Source: Amoebidium appalachense (taxonomy: Eukaryota > Protista > Ichthyosporea). Taken from it: a stretch of DNA of 64,000 nt. The stretch spans positions 6,478,171 through 6,542,170 of the forward strand of contig CAVNZM010000009.1 in the NCBI GenBank assembly GCA_963693365.1, read 5' to 3'. Below, piece after piece: positions 1 to 41,960 of the stretch. The stretch's first letter is position 1. Each line of letters begins with the position of its first letter. A program made the position numbers and the translations under genes. Below the pieces are notes generated by a model, which was not told the DNA's origin, did not search any database, and worked only from the letters and a program-made list of their open reading frames with translations.

Positions 1-72
1 GTCATTCGAAGAACAATCGGGAAACCCCGTGGTGTGACAACCAATCAGAATGAAGCAAATGGAGTCACGGTG

Positions 73-476
73 AGGCGGCGCGCGCGAAAGACTACCGATC
101 GATCGATTGCGTCATGAATGATCTGCGCATTTTAGACTAGAAGATTTTCAAATAGTATGATAGGGGTGTCTACGATGCATGGCGCTAATTGTTGCGTACA
201 TAGCATGTACATATGTCACTAGCTGCATTTGATTGGCTGTGCTGGAAAACGCAGTAGGCCGTCGGAGTGTGGCTGGGCCCCCGACAGTGTCCACGCAATA
301 AAACTTTTGTGTAAACCTGGGCCCCCGACAGTGTCCACACGCAATAAAAAGTGTGTAAACCCCAACCCTTTCAACCGCCGCTTGTGGTGGGCACGGGTTG
401 AAAATCTTTTATTCTAAAATGCGCAGACCATTCATGACGCAATCGATCGATCGGTAGTCTTTCGCGCGCGCCGCCT
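73..476. mobile_element. MITE-like non-autonomous element with ~79-bp terminal inverted repeats
   Basis: 73-151 (aggcggcgcgcgcgaaagactaccgatcgatcgattgcgtcatgaatg...ttttcaa) is the near-perfect reverse complement of 398-476. The interior has a ~45-bp tandem duplication (ctgggcccccgacagtgtccac...gtgtaaac, ~273-360) and no coding capacity. No clean TSD. Confidence 0.75.
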
Positions 477-769
477 GGCAGGGGCCGAAACTTTAGGCTA
501 CGGGTGAGTCCAACTTCGTTTTCTGAGAATTTTTTTGGCTCGGAAGTCAGCTCAGAAGGGGAAAATGTGAAGACTAATGCGTACCTATGCCACGAAAATG
601 TGCTCTTTATTATCGACACGTAAGGCACTCAGGTTTGACGCCCGGTAATATGCCTTATGTTCTCTGTATTTGTATCCCAGATCATAGTTCAACGACCGAT
701 GTTCCGTTGAATGTGGACAAGCTGACACTTTTGAATGGGCTGTCACGACAACCCCCTTCCCCCTCCCCA

Positions 770-822
<53 letters not shown>

Positions 823-1651
823 TTACCTTCCTCACTCTCCCCCCGCACTCTTTTCATTGACCTGTCATTGACCTGTCACTAACGCACACCACCTGTTCAA
901 CTGTACACCTTGTAAACCAGAGCAGGTTATAGTATGGTAATGTGCGTATGTCCTTGCGAAACTCAGAATGCAACTCACAAATGCATACACACAGCATCAC
1001 GAAGTCACAAGAACCTGCATACACATACAGTCGTGCGTAAGCCACTACGCACACTATTCACAGCATGCGTCACATTCGTGGAAGCACATGCCCATGGCCA
1101 TGCGTGTAAACCGAGGCAACTGCCCATCAAGCTATCACACGTTGACAAATATGAACTCAAGGATCTTGTACCTTTCGAAAAACCTACGAGACAAATACCT
1201 TACTGCTTGCAAGTGCCATAGACCCGGTCTGTCCTCTAGACCGTGCAGCCACACACACGTACACACACACACACGAACGCACACACGCACACCCCCACCC
1301 CCACATGTGCACGCAAGTACACACACTCACACACGAGGCCTTGCCCAGGCTGTGTCTTGAATTTCAGTTCACGCGCGACACCTGATAAAGCATTTTGGAC
1401 CACACTATGTACCTTCCTCGGAGTCCGTACCCCATCTCCCCGCCCATTCTCCATCAGTCCTCGTTTTCAAAAGTTTCCCGGCATGAACAGCCATAGTCCC
1501 CCCCCCCCCCCCTTCCCCCCTCCCTCCTTCCCCACTTCCCATTCACACCTCCAACACCCCATGGCATTTCTCGCTGGCAACCTCAGCTTTCTCCCCCCAA
1601 ACAGGTTCCGGGGAGGGGCCCAGGGGTAGAAGTCTAAGTTTTTTTTTTTTT

Positions 1652-1690
<39 letters not shown>

Positions 1691-2200
1691 AGGGGGGGGG
1701 GGGGGGGGGTTAGGGGGTTCTTGATAATCTCCCATTCGCACTTCATGTTGTTGCATGTTAATGGCTGAGGGACCACAAACACACAGGGGCGGAATGACCG
1801 TCAACCACCAGCAGCAGGCACCATGACAACCAATAAACAGTATACATAAAGGGCACTGAGGAAAAACATGCCTGAGGGTAAAGAAAATAATTTTCTGTTA
1901 TTTTGTTTTTGCAATTTGTTGTTGTGGCCGGCGGTGGCCAACGTTTGTGGGCGGGTGTGCTACGGTGCCAGTTATGTACGTTTGGTGCATCATGGTTGGG
2001 AAGGGGGAGGGGGGAGGGGGAGGAAGCTAGGGGGAGAAAAGGGGGTGGCGGTGGGGGTGGGGGGGTGGGGTTGGGTGGGGAAATGTAAGCCGGTAGTACA
2101 TACGGTGAACAAGTGTAACAAACAAGTCAAGTCCAAAGAATAAAGTTTCCTTATTTTCTAAGACCGAGGCACGGACAACTTGGCCGTGTCACTCCTGCCT

Positions 2201-2387
2201 TTTGTGACGTCACGTCTCAGCGGCCGCCGCAAATACTACACGAAGTATACTGAAGAAAGGTTCGTTTACGTTACGAACGCCCAGGGCCAATTACCACGAG
2301 CCAAATGGAATGTGGTTTTGTGACGTCACGCGCCAAGACCAGGATTTCTCGAGGACCAGGCCGCCTGGCTTTTGTGATGACGTCACG
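2201..2387. promoter_or_regulatory. Cluster of three CRE (TGACGTCA) palindromes upstream of AFG3L2
   Basis: TGACGTCA at 2205-2212, 2321-2328 and 2378-2385, each preceded by TTTTG(TGA) and followed by CG. They lie upstream of a probable 5'UTR exon (donor AAG|gtaggt at 2709) that splices to the acceptor just before ATG 3279. Confidence 0.55.
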
Positions 2388-3278
2388 ATATGTCCAGCCC
2401 AAGAGAGAGCCAAGGGCAAAATCATCGGTGAGGCCCCTGGCAGAGTTTTCTTGTTTTCTGGCTTCATTCCAGCAGAAGTTTTTAGTGTATAACTCAAGGC
2501 AGAAACGTAAAGATTCACTGGGGCTCTAGACAGGGCTGCTGGTTCGGGGAAAGGTGGACGGACACAGCTGGAGGAACGGTGTTGGAGTTGCCTGGAGGAG
2601 AGAGAGAGAGTGAGAGAGGCTGAGAGTAGGCTAGTAGTATTAGCTAAAGAACGAGACACGCACACGGATCCGGCAAAGACACACGGAGCTAGAAGATTGT
2701 GGTTGAAGGTAGGTTTCAGATTATGAGTGTTTTATATTACAGCGTGTTTGAAAAGTAATCTCTTTGCGAGTTTTGGGCTACAGTCACTTGTGTTTCTTCT
2801 TATTTTTCTATTTTTGGAGGAGGGGAGAGGGGGGGAGGGGCTGTGAGGGGATTGAGGGGGGAAAGGAGAGGGGAGGGGGAAGAGAGGAGGCCCCGGGTGT
2901 GGGGAAAGGGGGTTGTGGTGGTGGTGGTGTGTGTGTGTGTGTGTGTGTTGGGGGGGGGGGGGGGGGGGGGGGGTGATTTGGAGGTGCGGAGGTGGTAAAT
3001 CTATTAATGATGGGATTAATAGGGGTTCTGCCTACTTGAGGTTGGAGGACGAATTTAACAAGGTACGCACACGTAGGAGGTGTCGAGACTACCCGAGTGC
3101 ATTGCATGCGCATGTGCTTGTCGGTACTTGGAAAGAGGTGTGGAAGAATGTTGAGTTGGGAGGACACATGCACACGAGTCGGCAGCTTGTACCGTGTATA
3201 GATCAGAGTTGCAGTAGCTTAGGCCGAAAGTTTCTTTTGGAACGCATGGGATGATTCTGACGGGGTCCATGTTTGCAG

Positions 3279-21327
<18,049 letters not shown>

Positions 21328-21430
21328 TTCTTGCCAACACACAAAAAAGAAACACACACACACTCACTGACTCACTCACTCACTCACTCACTCACTCACT
21401 CACTCACTCACTCACTCACTCACTCACTCA

Positions 21431-21504
<74 letters not shown>

Positions 21505-21702
21505 CACTGACACTTTTGTTTTGGTTATTATGCTTTAGTCTCTTTTTATTGTTCGATTGCTTGTTTCTTTGGTTGTGTCATTGTATGCATCCGTTTAGTC
21601 AAGGTAATGAGTGGGAAAGCAATAGAAATAGAGCTTGAAAGCACAATGACCAAGGGAATCGCGATTTTCCAAAAAACACAAACTTGCACACACAAGCATG
21701 TG

Positions 21703-21761
<59 letters not shown>

Positions 21762-22500
21762 CTATAGCTACATGCACACGAGTGTGTTGCTTGCATACAC
21801 ACGAGTCATACATGCATGGGGATATCTCATTCACGGACGTGTGTGTGTCGCGCACAAACGCAGTGATGGGTGAGAACACGGAAATCTCAGACTGCACACA
21901 TGGAATTTTGCTCCTCCTGGTTTTCTTGGTTTCCCTCTCCACCTTGTGTAGTATGTTTCGAACAGAAATATGGTTTTTTTTCCATGGTTTTTTTTCCCCT
22001 TTGAGTTCTTGTATGTTGTTTCTATTCAATATCAGATATTGCAATTTATTGTTACTTGAACTCATGGGTGAAAACAGTTAACAGTCTCAGGCCTTCCACA
22101 AATAAAAATAAATAAAACTCCATGTGATCCGGCTGGTTTCCGGGTTAACACCACCCTTGCCACATTTACGTGCGAAGTTCCTGGGTGAACCGGTCTGTGG
22201 TGTAAGATATTTAATTTACTTGTGCGTATGTATGCATATCATGAGTCACTTTCCGAGCCATTGGATATCAAGCAATGGTGATATCATTACGGAGGTTATA
22301 TGCAGGTATGGGGCGTATAATATATGCAGGCTCGTACGCTGAGCATGTGCTGTGTGTGTTGTCTGCGCTGTAGGGTTCTTATCTCCCCCCCCCCCCTTGA
22401 CCTCCCCTAGGCCAGGGCCGAAAATTCTCGAAATTTGAATGGTATTTTCCAGTATATCTCATATTTTTGTAAGACCTGGATGGTATTTCCGGACATTTTC

Positions 22501-23217
22501 CTATGAAGCTCGGACTATAAATGCACCGTACCATGCAAAACTTTTTTGAAACTTTGGTAAATGTTGGGGGCATGCAGTTGCCTTGGGAAGTCTCCTCTCC
22601 ACCTCAAACGGGTGCCCTCCCACACAGTACGGGCACTTCCCTGTTGCATCATCAACAAATGGGCCCGCGTTCTTCTTGTTTTCGTACCTCTGCCAAATGC
22701 ATTTCTGTGCCTCCAAACTGCCCTCGAGTCCATGCAAACAAATGGACAGAGCACATGCCTCGTAGATGTAAATCGAGCGCGTGTTTTCGTTGTGGTCGTA
22801 CCTGAACCGGGGCACATTCGAGCCAAGCGCACTCTGATACTTCTTGAGCTGCTGGACGGTCACAGGGAGCACCTTGGGAACCTCTACCAGCGGATAGACA
22901 TACAGTATCCGCTCCCTGTGCCAAGGGGGGCAGCGTGGCGGGTGTTTTATCCCTCGGGCAACGAGGGAGGCACGCGGGCGTATGCGAGCTAGGCCGTCGG
23001 AAGGGCACGTACGGTCTGACGAAATGAGGGTGGATAGATACACACGGAGGTCGGACAGGACTGCACGGCGGCACTGCCAGCACACCAGAGAGAACGCCTG
23101 AAGGTCGCAGGCAGGCAGCCGAGCGACTATCTCGCACAGCACAGAAGCTGGAAGACTTAGAGGGCCTTTAGGTGCGTGAGCCATTGTCTGGCGCTTAGCC
23201 GCAGAAGGACCGAGCAT
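22501..23217 (-). CDS. F-box domain protein (227-238 aa)
   Basis: Complex, non-repetitive ORF whose N-terminal LSLPASVLCEIVARLPACDLQAFSLVCWQCRRAV matches the F-box consensus. A 44-nt GT-AG intron candidate (23188-23231) would make Met at 23184 the real start. Confidence 0.75.
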   Translation of the reverse strand: MLGPSAAKRQTMAHAPKGPLSLPASVLCEIVARLPACDLQAFSLVCWQCRRAVLSDLRVYLSTLISSDRTCPSDGLARIRPRASLVARGIKHPPRCPPWHRERILYVYPLVEVPKVLPVTVQQLKKYQSALGSNVPRFRYDHNENTRSIYIYEACALSICLHGLEGSLEAQKCIWQRYENKKNAGPFVDDATGKCPYCVGGHPFEVERRLPKATACPQHLPKFQKSFAWYGAFIVRAS

Positions 23218-23939
23218 CTTCGGTCACTTACCAGCACCCTGCCCACTAATTAGTCCAAAAACTGAACGCCGTGCACGCTGGTTCCAGCAGCCACACACAC
23301 AGGCACGTTATAATCTGCAGCGCACCTGAGTACAAGTAAAGCTTTCCACGTGCCGCGCTGCCACACCTCCCCCCTATAACGGTGTTGAGGCAATTCCTCT
23401 CCCTTCTCCAAGATTCTGTACAGACACAAGACGTGCAAGACGGCCCAAAGCAGGCAACGTGTGCGTAGATTTGAAAAAGGTCTAAAACCGAAAGAGATAA
23501 AACTTGAACACGGGCGCTTGAAAGAGCGAACACCCACCCACCACCACTGACGTTGCAAAAAAGATGCTCTCTTTGCTTATATAATGACATGGCCAGTTTC
23601 CACTCTCTACTCTGTGCACATCTTCTGACTGTCTTCTTGACTGTCACCATGACGTCATAGATCTTTCGAAACCTCGGGAGTCACAGCCAGTACATGATTG
23701 TTTCGCGCCAAATTAATCGTTTCGTCGAGGTGAGGAGGTGAAAGTCTCCCTTCGCATGAACGTAATATAGGGTGCGAACAGTAGTGTGTATTCCCACTTG
23801 CCATTGCTAACAAATGGGCTGCGTGATTGTATAACGGCATTCTTTGGCTCATAGGCGTTACAGCAGCAGCTTGCATCACACACACATTCTAGGGTTGGGG
23901 GCTAGGGCTAATAGCATTGAAGACAAGCAACAAGGAGAA

Positions 23940-35242
<11,303 letters not shown>

Positions 35243-35584
35243 GCGCTTATGTATCTACTGCGACTATAGTTATTAGTAAGTGTCCTAGTGATAAATAATC
35301 CACTTTCGAATGCTCAAGCTGGTAAACTTGACTTACATTAGCTAAATGTGCTTCGTATCGATGATTTATTAACCATTACTGTACACATTACTGTGAAAAA
35401 TAAACGGCTCATATGAACATCTCAGACTCGCAGGGCAATATTGTGTGTATCAGGAAACTAAGTCGATCCTCTTCCTCCCCCCCCCCCCCCCCCCCCCCCC
35501 CGCCCTGCCCCACCCTCTCCCTCCACCCCACCTCCCCCCCCCCCCCCACCCCCTCCCTCCCTCCTTCCCTCCCCCGCCCCAACA

Positions 35585-35647
<63 letters not shown>

Positions 35648-35799
35648 CAGTTCTAGGTGTTGCCTGCCCTTTGTGCACTGTGTCTGTTTTTGGCACCCTA
35701 ACTTTTCTCAGACATGGTGTCTGACGAATGTTGTTGTTTTCACTGTACGGATATGTGCACATGTACAGGGTAGTGGACAACGGGCGGTGGTTGGGAACA

Positions 35800-35893
<94 letters not shown>

Positions 35894-36191
35894 TTGTGTG
35901 TGTGTGTGTGTGTGTGTTTGTGGGGGAAGGGGGAGGAGGGGGTGGGTAGTGGAGGGCTATGTGTGTGCGTGTGGTACACGTTTGGGGGGGGAGAGGGGCC
36001 AGAGGGGGGGGGGGGGGGGGGGGGGGGCATCGGATCTGTTGGGAATATGTTCTATTTGGCTGTGAAGTTTTTTGATTTGCAGCATGTACAACTTATGATC
36101 ATTAAATTACATCAGCATATAAACGAGAGCAAAATGCATGCATTTGGACATTCTGCTAGTAAATACTATCACCGTAGCTCTTCCCGATACT

Positions 36192-36280
36192 AGTTAATAA
36201 TTAAATTTAAGCTAAATTTAATTATTAACTTTTATTGGCTAGCCACTGGCTTAAATGCTGTTAACGTTAAGCCAGAGGCT
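36192..36280. other. Twin inverted repeats (hairpins)
   Basis: Perfect 18-bp arms 36192-36209/36213-36230 with a 3-nt loop, and 13/14-bp arms 36241-36254/36267-36280. Confidence 0.8.
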
Positions 36281-36481
36281 CGACTGCAAACCACAGATGG
36301 TAGGTTCACCGGACGAAAGCCCTGGCTTCGGACACATCACCACGTGCACACTGCACACCCGTCGTCGACGTCTGACTTAGGCTTAATACTACTGTCACGT
36401 TACTGGTGCTAACATTATCTGCGTTGACAGAGTTGCCTGAAAGCAAATCCATGCTTAGAGCCCCGTTGGCCTGCTCAGATT

Positions 36482-36514
<33 letters not shown>

Positions 36515-36798
36515 GGGGTGTGTGTCTGTGTGCGTGTGTACGTTTAATTGTGTGTGTCCGACACGGTGTAAGTGTGGGTGTGGGTGTGAGTGTGTGATGT
36601 CGAGCGAGTTGGAGTGGACGAGTGAGAGAGGGAGAATCGGACGGAGAGAGGAAGAGCTATAGATCGCATGCATATCATATAAATAACTAGATTTATTTAC
36701 AGATAAACAGATATAGAGAGATTGAGAGGAGAGCGGGGAAAGAAGAGAGAAGGAAGGATGGGGAGAGGGAGAAAGAGTGATGGAACTCTAGAACGGGC

Positions 36799-36833
<35 letters not shown>

Positions 36834-36912
36834 GGGAGGGGGGGGGGGGGGGGGAGGGAGAAAGAAAGAGAAAGAAAGAGGAGGAGGATAATCAAGAAGA
36901 AAGAGGGAGTCT

Positions 36913-36966
<54 letters not shown>

Positions 36967-37135
36967 GGAGAGAGAGATAGTGTTTGTGTGTGTGTCTGTG
37001 AGGGGGGGGGGGGAGGGAGAGAGAGAGAGAAAGAGGGAGAGGGAGAGGGGGGGGGGAGGGAGGGAGGGAGGGAGGGAGAGAGGGGGGGGGGGGGGGGGGA
37101 GCGAGAGAGAGAGAGAGAGAGAGAGGAGAGACAGA

Positions 37136-37240
<105 letters not shown>

Positions 37241-37538
37241 AGAGACTCTGTGAGAGAGAGAGAGAGAGAGAGATTCTGACAGAGAGAGGGGGGGGGGGGG
37301 GGGGGGGGGGAAGGGGGGTGGGTAGAAGAGAGAGAGGGGGAGGGGGGAGAGGGGGGAGGGGGAGCCGCATGCGGGGCTGCTTAGCCAATTAGAGGGAGAG
37401 GGAGGGGAGGGGGGGCTCTAAGAGAGAGGGAGAGCCGAGGGTGAGTGGGAGGAAGAGGGCGGGGAGGGGGAGGGGGAGGAGGGGGAGGGGAGGGGGGCCA
37501 CAGAAATGTTTCACAGGGGATCGGGGACGGGAGGGGAG

Positions 37539-37574
<36 letters not shown>

Positions 37575-38034
37575 CGCAGGATGATGTTTGCATGTGGATA
37601 TTATTTGCGTTTTTTTCTAGATCTCGCGCACCTTAAATTAATTGGTGTCCGAACTTTTGCACATGTCTCCCTCTCGCCAAAGGGGTCACCTGAGCTTATT
37701 GCACGATGGTTTAAATTTCGCTTGTATCATATCTGTCGTCAACGTTGGCCTGCGGTTTGGGTCAGGATGGATGTATGTATCACGTGCACGATATCGATGG
37801 ATGGGGTCGTGGTATCAAAATATACGTGGATACCATCATAAACTGCAACTCAGCTCTCAGCATGTTTCTTTTTATTATCTGTGCATGCCCTGAGTCTGGA
37901 TATTTCTCAAACATGGGATCAGCTGAGGTCAAACGACTATGTGCAACTTGCAGCTCCTGGAATCATCTGTGTGCCTGTGTGCCCGTGTTCAACTGCGGCT
38001 AACACTCGTCAAATTCCTTCACGAACACATGTGC

Positions 38035-38074
38035 CACGGCCATCTAGAGACTCTAGAGTCTCTAGATGGCCGTG
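38035..38074. other. Perfect 40-bp palindrome
   Basis: cacggccatctagagactct|agagtctctagatggccgtg, with no spacer. Confidence 0.95.
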
Positions 38075-38350
38075 CACATATGCACATGTGTAAATCTGAG
38101 GTACACTGATCATGAGATTCATGTGACTCGTGCACGCGCCCGGCGGTGAAAATGAATTGAAGGATAGGGAATAACGACATACTTTAGAAATAATGTGTAG
38201 CTTGTGTAGCTCTTTTTGTATTGAGACGACTTTTTTTGTGTACTTTGTTTGTGTAGCTCTTTTGTAGACGGCCAAGTACACTTGTGTACATAGGGCCTCA
38301 AGCTGGGTTAGCGCCAGGGGATCATCGATCTACACAAACATCTCCAACCC

Positions 38351-38816
38351 AGCCAATCAAACCAATGAGCCAATCCGTTACTACAGAATATGGAAAGATC
38401 AGCCAATCAATGTGATTTACGCTTTAGAAACGAGCGGGGCAAACATATGATCGTACTACGGTACGGCTCAATTTTTGAATGGCGGGGAAGAAAATCAGTT
38501 ATGTATTTTATATTTGAGAGCAGCAATGGCTTTTGATATGGCATTTATGAATATTTAAGAGCGCTAAAATTAATTCTTGGTCTTTAAGGCCGGGATTCTG
38601 GCGCTTCCGCCTGTAGCAACCAAGCCTTCGTTCTACACCCACGAACTTTGAAAGGGAGATTGATAGATCTTTTACTGCGCTCCCAACACAGAGCATTCAG
38701 GAATGAAAGCTGTCCAATCAATTATACGGACCATGCCATGTGGCAGCCCAAAAAAGCAGAAAGCTAGCCACTTTTGATTCGCTAACGCGAATTTGCTTCC
38801 CAGCGGCATATATAAA
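38351..38816 (+). promoter_or_regulatory. Candidate promoter of the ATP-grasp gene: four CCAAT boxes and a TATA box
   Basis: CCAAT at 38353, 38362, 38370 and 38403. TATATAAA at 38809-38816, about 130 nt before the ATG. Confidence 0.45.
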
Positions 38817-38946
38817 CGAGCAACACAGCCGTTACGAACAGTTGCATTGTGCTTCTTGATATCGATTGTCAACACTTTAGCCATCGCTTAGCCATATATA
38901 CTAACATTAGAAACTCTTTCGAAACTTTTCAGCGGAAATACTCACG

Positions 38947-40413
38947 ATGTCTGCCTCTGATATTCTCGCACGCAACGCCCCGGACGAGGAGACACAGGCC
39001 CTCCGTCTGGCGGCCGCCAAGGGCAAAAACATTCTCTGGATTACACTCTCATACTCCTCGTGGTTGGGTGTCATTGCCACGGCCGGCGAAATCCACTACC
39101 TCGGAATCAACAAGTACATGGTCTTTTGCACAACAGACGCAGGCCGCGCTCTTGCTGAGAAATGCAAGGAAGCAGGCTACCTGGACGGAGCGTGCGCCAT
39201 TTTCGCTGACATGGACGACGAAAACACGGCCGTGGATAACATAATCGCCGCCGCCGAGGCCACAGGCGTCAAGTTTGACGGTGTTTTTTCCCCGTACGAG
39301 CACTCGCAGGTGCTTGTGGGGGAGATTGCAGAGCGCATGAACCTGCCTGGAAACACCAAAGCAGCATATGTCGCCGCACGCAACAAGCACCAGTCGCGCG
39401 TTATCTGCCACGCCGCAGGCATCCCTACCCCCGGCGCGATGCGCGTTCAGACGCTCGAGGATTTGAACACGGTCGAGCAAACACTTGGGTTCCCCGTCGT
39501 TGTTAAACCGCAGTCTGGCGCTGGGTCTGACGGCGTCTACAAATGTGCCAATTACGAAGAGCTCTTGGCTGCATACAACAAGAGCGTGTCTGCCATTCAC
39601 GAGAACACTCTGTTGAAATGGAACCCCGGGTGCGAGGAGGGTATCCTCGTTGAGAACTACCTTGACGGGGACGAGTTTGACGTCGACCTTCTATTTTGGG
39701 ACGGCGAGTGCGTCTACGGCAACGCAAACGACAACTGGGCCACCATGGAGCCCACATTCCTCGAGACTGGCAGCAACTCCCCCTCCACCTACACGGCCGA
39801 CCAGCAAAGGGAGCTCGTGGAATACTCCGTGGCCTGCGTCAAGGCCCTCGGGTTCACGCAGGGCTGCTTCCACGTCGAGTGCAAATACACAAAGGACACG
39901 CTCATGCGCGAGGTGGATGGCGTTAAGGTGGGCCAGCCCATGCTCATCGAGGTTAACCCCCGCCTGGGCGGCGGCCGCACAAACCTCCTCCACAAGGAGG
40001 TGTATGGTGTGAACTTGCAGCTCGATTTCGTGTTGAGTGCGTGCGGTATTCCCATCAACCCCCCACGCATCATCGAGCCCACGTGCGCCGTTGCCGATTA
40101 CTGCTACTGTGCGCCAAAGACAGGGTACCTCGTGCACACGCGGTTCCTAGACCACGTTAAGAACCACCCGGACGTCATTTATTCGCTGGTGACGAAGCAG
40201 GCTGGGGATAAGGTTAAGGGCTATGACACGGGGATCCCCGAGTGGGTGGCCTTCCTGGCCGTGAAGAAGGACAATCTGACGGACGCCATTGCCACCTTAA
40301 ACGCTCTCCTCGATACTATCTCTGTTCCTATTGTTCCCGAGGCACAGGCGGAGAAAGTGGTGCCGGCCGTAACTTCAGCGCACGTGACCCCTGCCCAATC
40401 AAATGCGGCATAA
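38947..40413 (+). CDS. ATP-grasp amino-acid ligase (carnosine-synthase-like / L-amino acid ligase), intronless, 488 aa
   Basis: ARNKHQSR, GFPVVVKPQSGAGSDGV, ILVENYLDGDEFDVD, DNWATMEPTFLETG, GCFHVECK and LIEVNPRLGG (ExNxR) are the ATP-grasp dipeptide-ligase signatures. Confidence 0.9.
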   Translation: MSASDILARNAPDEETQALRLAAAKGKNILWITLSYSSWLGVIATAGEIHYLGINKYMVFCTTDAGRALAEKCKEAGYLDGACAIFADMDDENTAVDNIIAAAEATGVKFDGVFSPYEHSQVLVGEIAERMNLPGNTKAAYVAARNKHQSRVICHAAGIPTPGAMRVQTLEDLNTVEQTLGFPVVVKPQSGAGSDGVYKCANYEELLAAYNKSVSAIHENTLLKWNPGCEEGILVENYLDGDEFDVDLLFWDGECVYGNANDNWATMEPTFLETGSNSPSTYTADQQRELVEYSVACVKALGFTQGCFHVECKYTKDTLMREVDGVKVGQPMLIEVNPRLGGGRTNLLHKEVYGVNLQLDFVLSACGIPINPPRIIEPTCAVADYCYCAPKTGYLVHTRFLDHVKNHPDVIYSLVTKQAGDKVKGYDTGIPEWVAFLAVKKDNLTDAIATLNALLDTISVPIVPEAQAEKVVPAVTSAHVTPAQSNAA

Positions 40414-40927
40414 ACTTAGTATACTGCCGCGCTTCGTAAGTACCTGCATACATTTGAAATAGCTATGCAAAAGGTACGTGTAGATATATAAAAAACTTGT
40501 ACATAAAATTTAGCATATCCAAATATTGGAAGCAACCTTTAAACGTTATTCTTTGAAGTACTAAGAGATGACAGAAATCGCTTTTGAAGCGGCGCCCAAC
40601 ATATATAATATCTGTCATTGTATTTTTTGGCAGGAAATTGCAGCCATCACGTTTGATTACTGTACTAATCAAAGATAGGCTTTGTGGAGCCTGCTATGAC
40701 ATTTTTCTTGTTCTGCCAGGCATTTTCGGGCCCAACCACGCGGCCACTAAAATTACGAGAATAAATCTGCTTAGGGCAGCTGGGGACAGAATAAAAAATC
40801 AAGTTCCTGAAGGCGGTGTGGTCGAGGCTGTGCCTGCACTTAGTTCTTTTTCTCAACTTGTGACAGGTACACCAACGTACACGCGCACATGCAAATGGGC
40901 CCACACATGCGCGCGCGCGCGCGCGCG

Positions 40928-40966
<39 letters not shown>

Positions 40967-41528
40967 AAAGACACACATTAGCACACACATACCGAACACA
41001 TACACCTGCGTATGTAGCACATGCTCACTGTGCCAGCCACCCAAATCGTGATGCACAGTCACACACGTGCATACAGATAAATGGCGCATGCATGGGTTTG
41101 CACTCTTGCGTATACACCGTGACACAAACACATAAACACACACACACAAATACACACACAAACACATGTATACACACACACATAAACACACGTATGCAAC
41201 ACAACACGAACACATGCTTGCACGTGCACACAGGGCCACACACACACACGCACACACACACACACACACACCGTCACACACACACACACACACACACACG
41301 CGCACACACACACGCACACACACACACACACACACACCACACAACACACAACACGAAGGCATGAATGCGTACACACAAACACGCACACAAGAGCAAACAC
41401 ACAGACACCCACACACACAGCACACCACACAAGCACATGTGCCAGGCACGGCGTGACCAAAACACACAGGCACACAGGAACACAAACACCGTGACCCACT
41501 CGTGCACACATAGACACACAACTACACA

Positions 41529-41640
<112 letters not shown>

Positions 41641-41750
41641 AATACAAACACACACACACACACAAGCGTGTGCGCCAGCGGGTACCGTGACAACCACACA
41701 CAGACACGTACATACGGACACACACGCCGCGTGCGTACACACACACAAAC

Positions 41751-41793
<43 letters not shown>

Positions 41794-41917
41794 ACACACA
41801 CACACATGAACACAAACACAAACACACACATTCACGCGCACACCCGTATGATTCAGAAGCCTTATGACATTGCATTGAGCTTCTTTCGATGTTCATCTCT
41901 CTCCCTCTATCTCTCTC

Positions 41918-41960
<43 letters not shown>

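Noticed and set aside
39049-40137. Antisense ORFs over the ATP-grasp gene (and likewise over GLUT)
   Set aside because: Shadow ORFs expected from GC-rich codon usage of the real genes.
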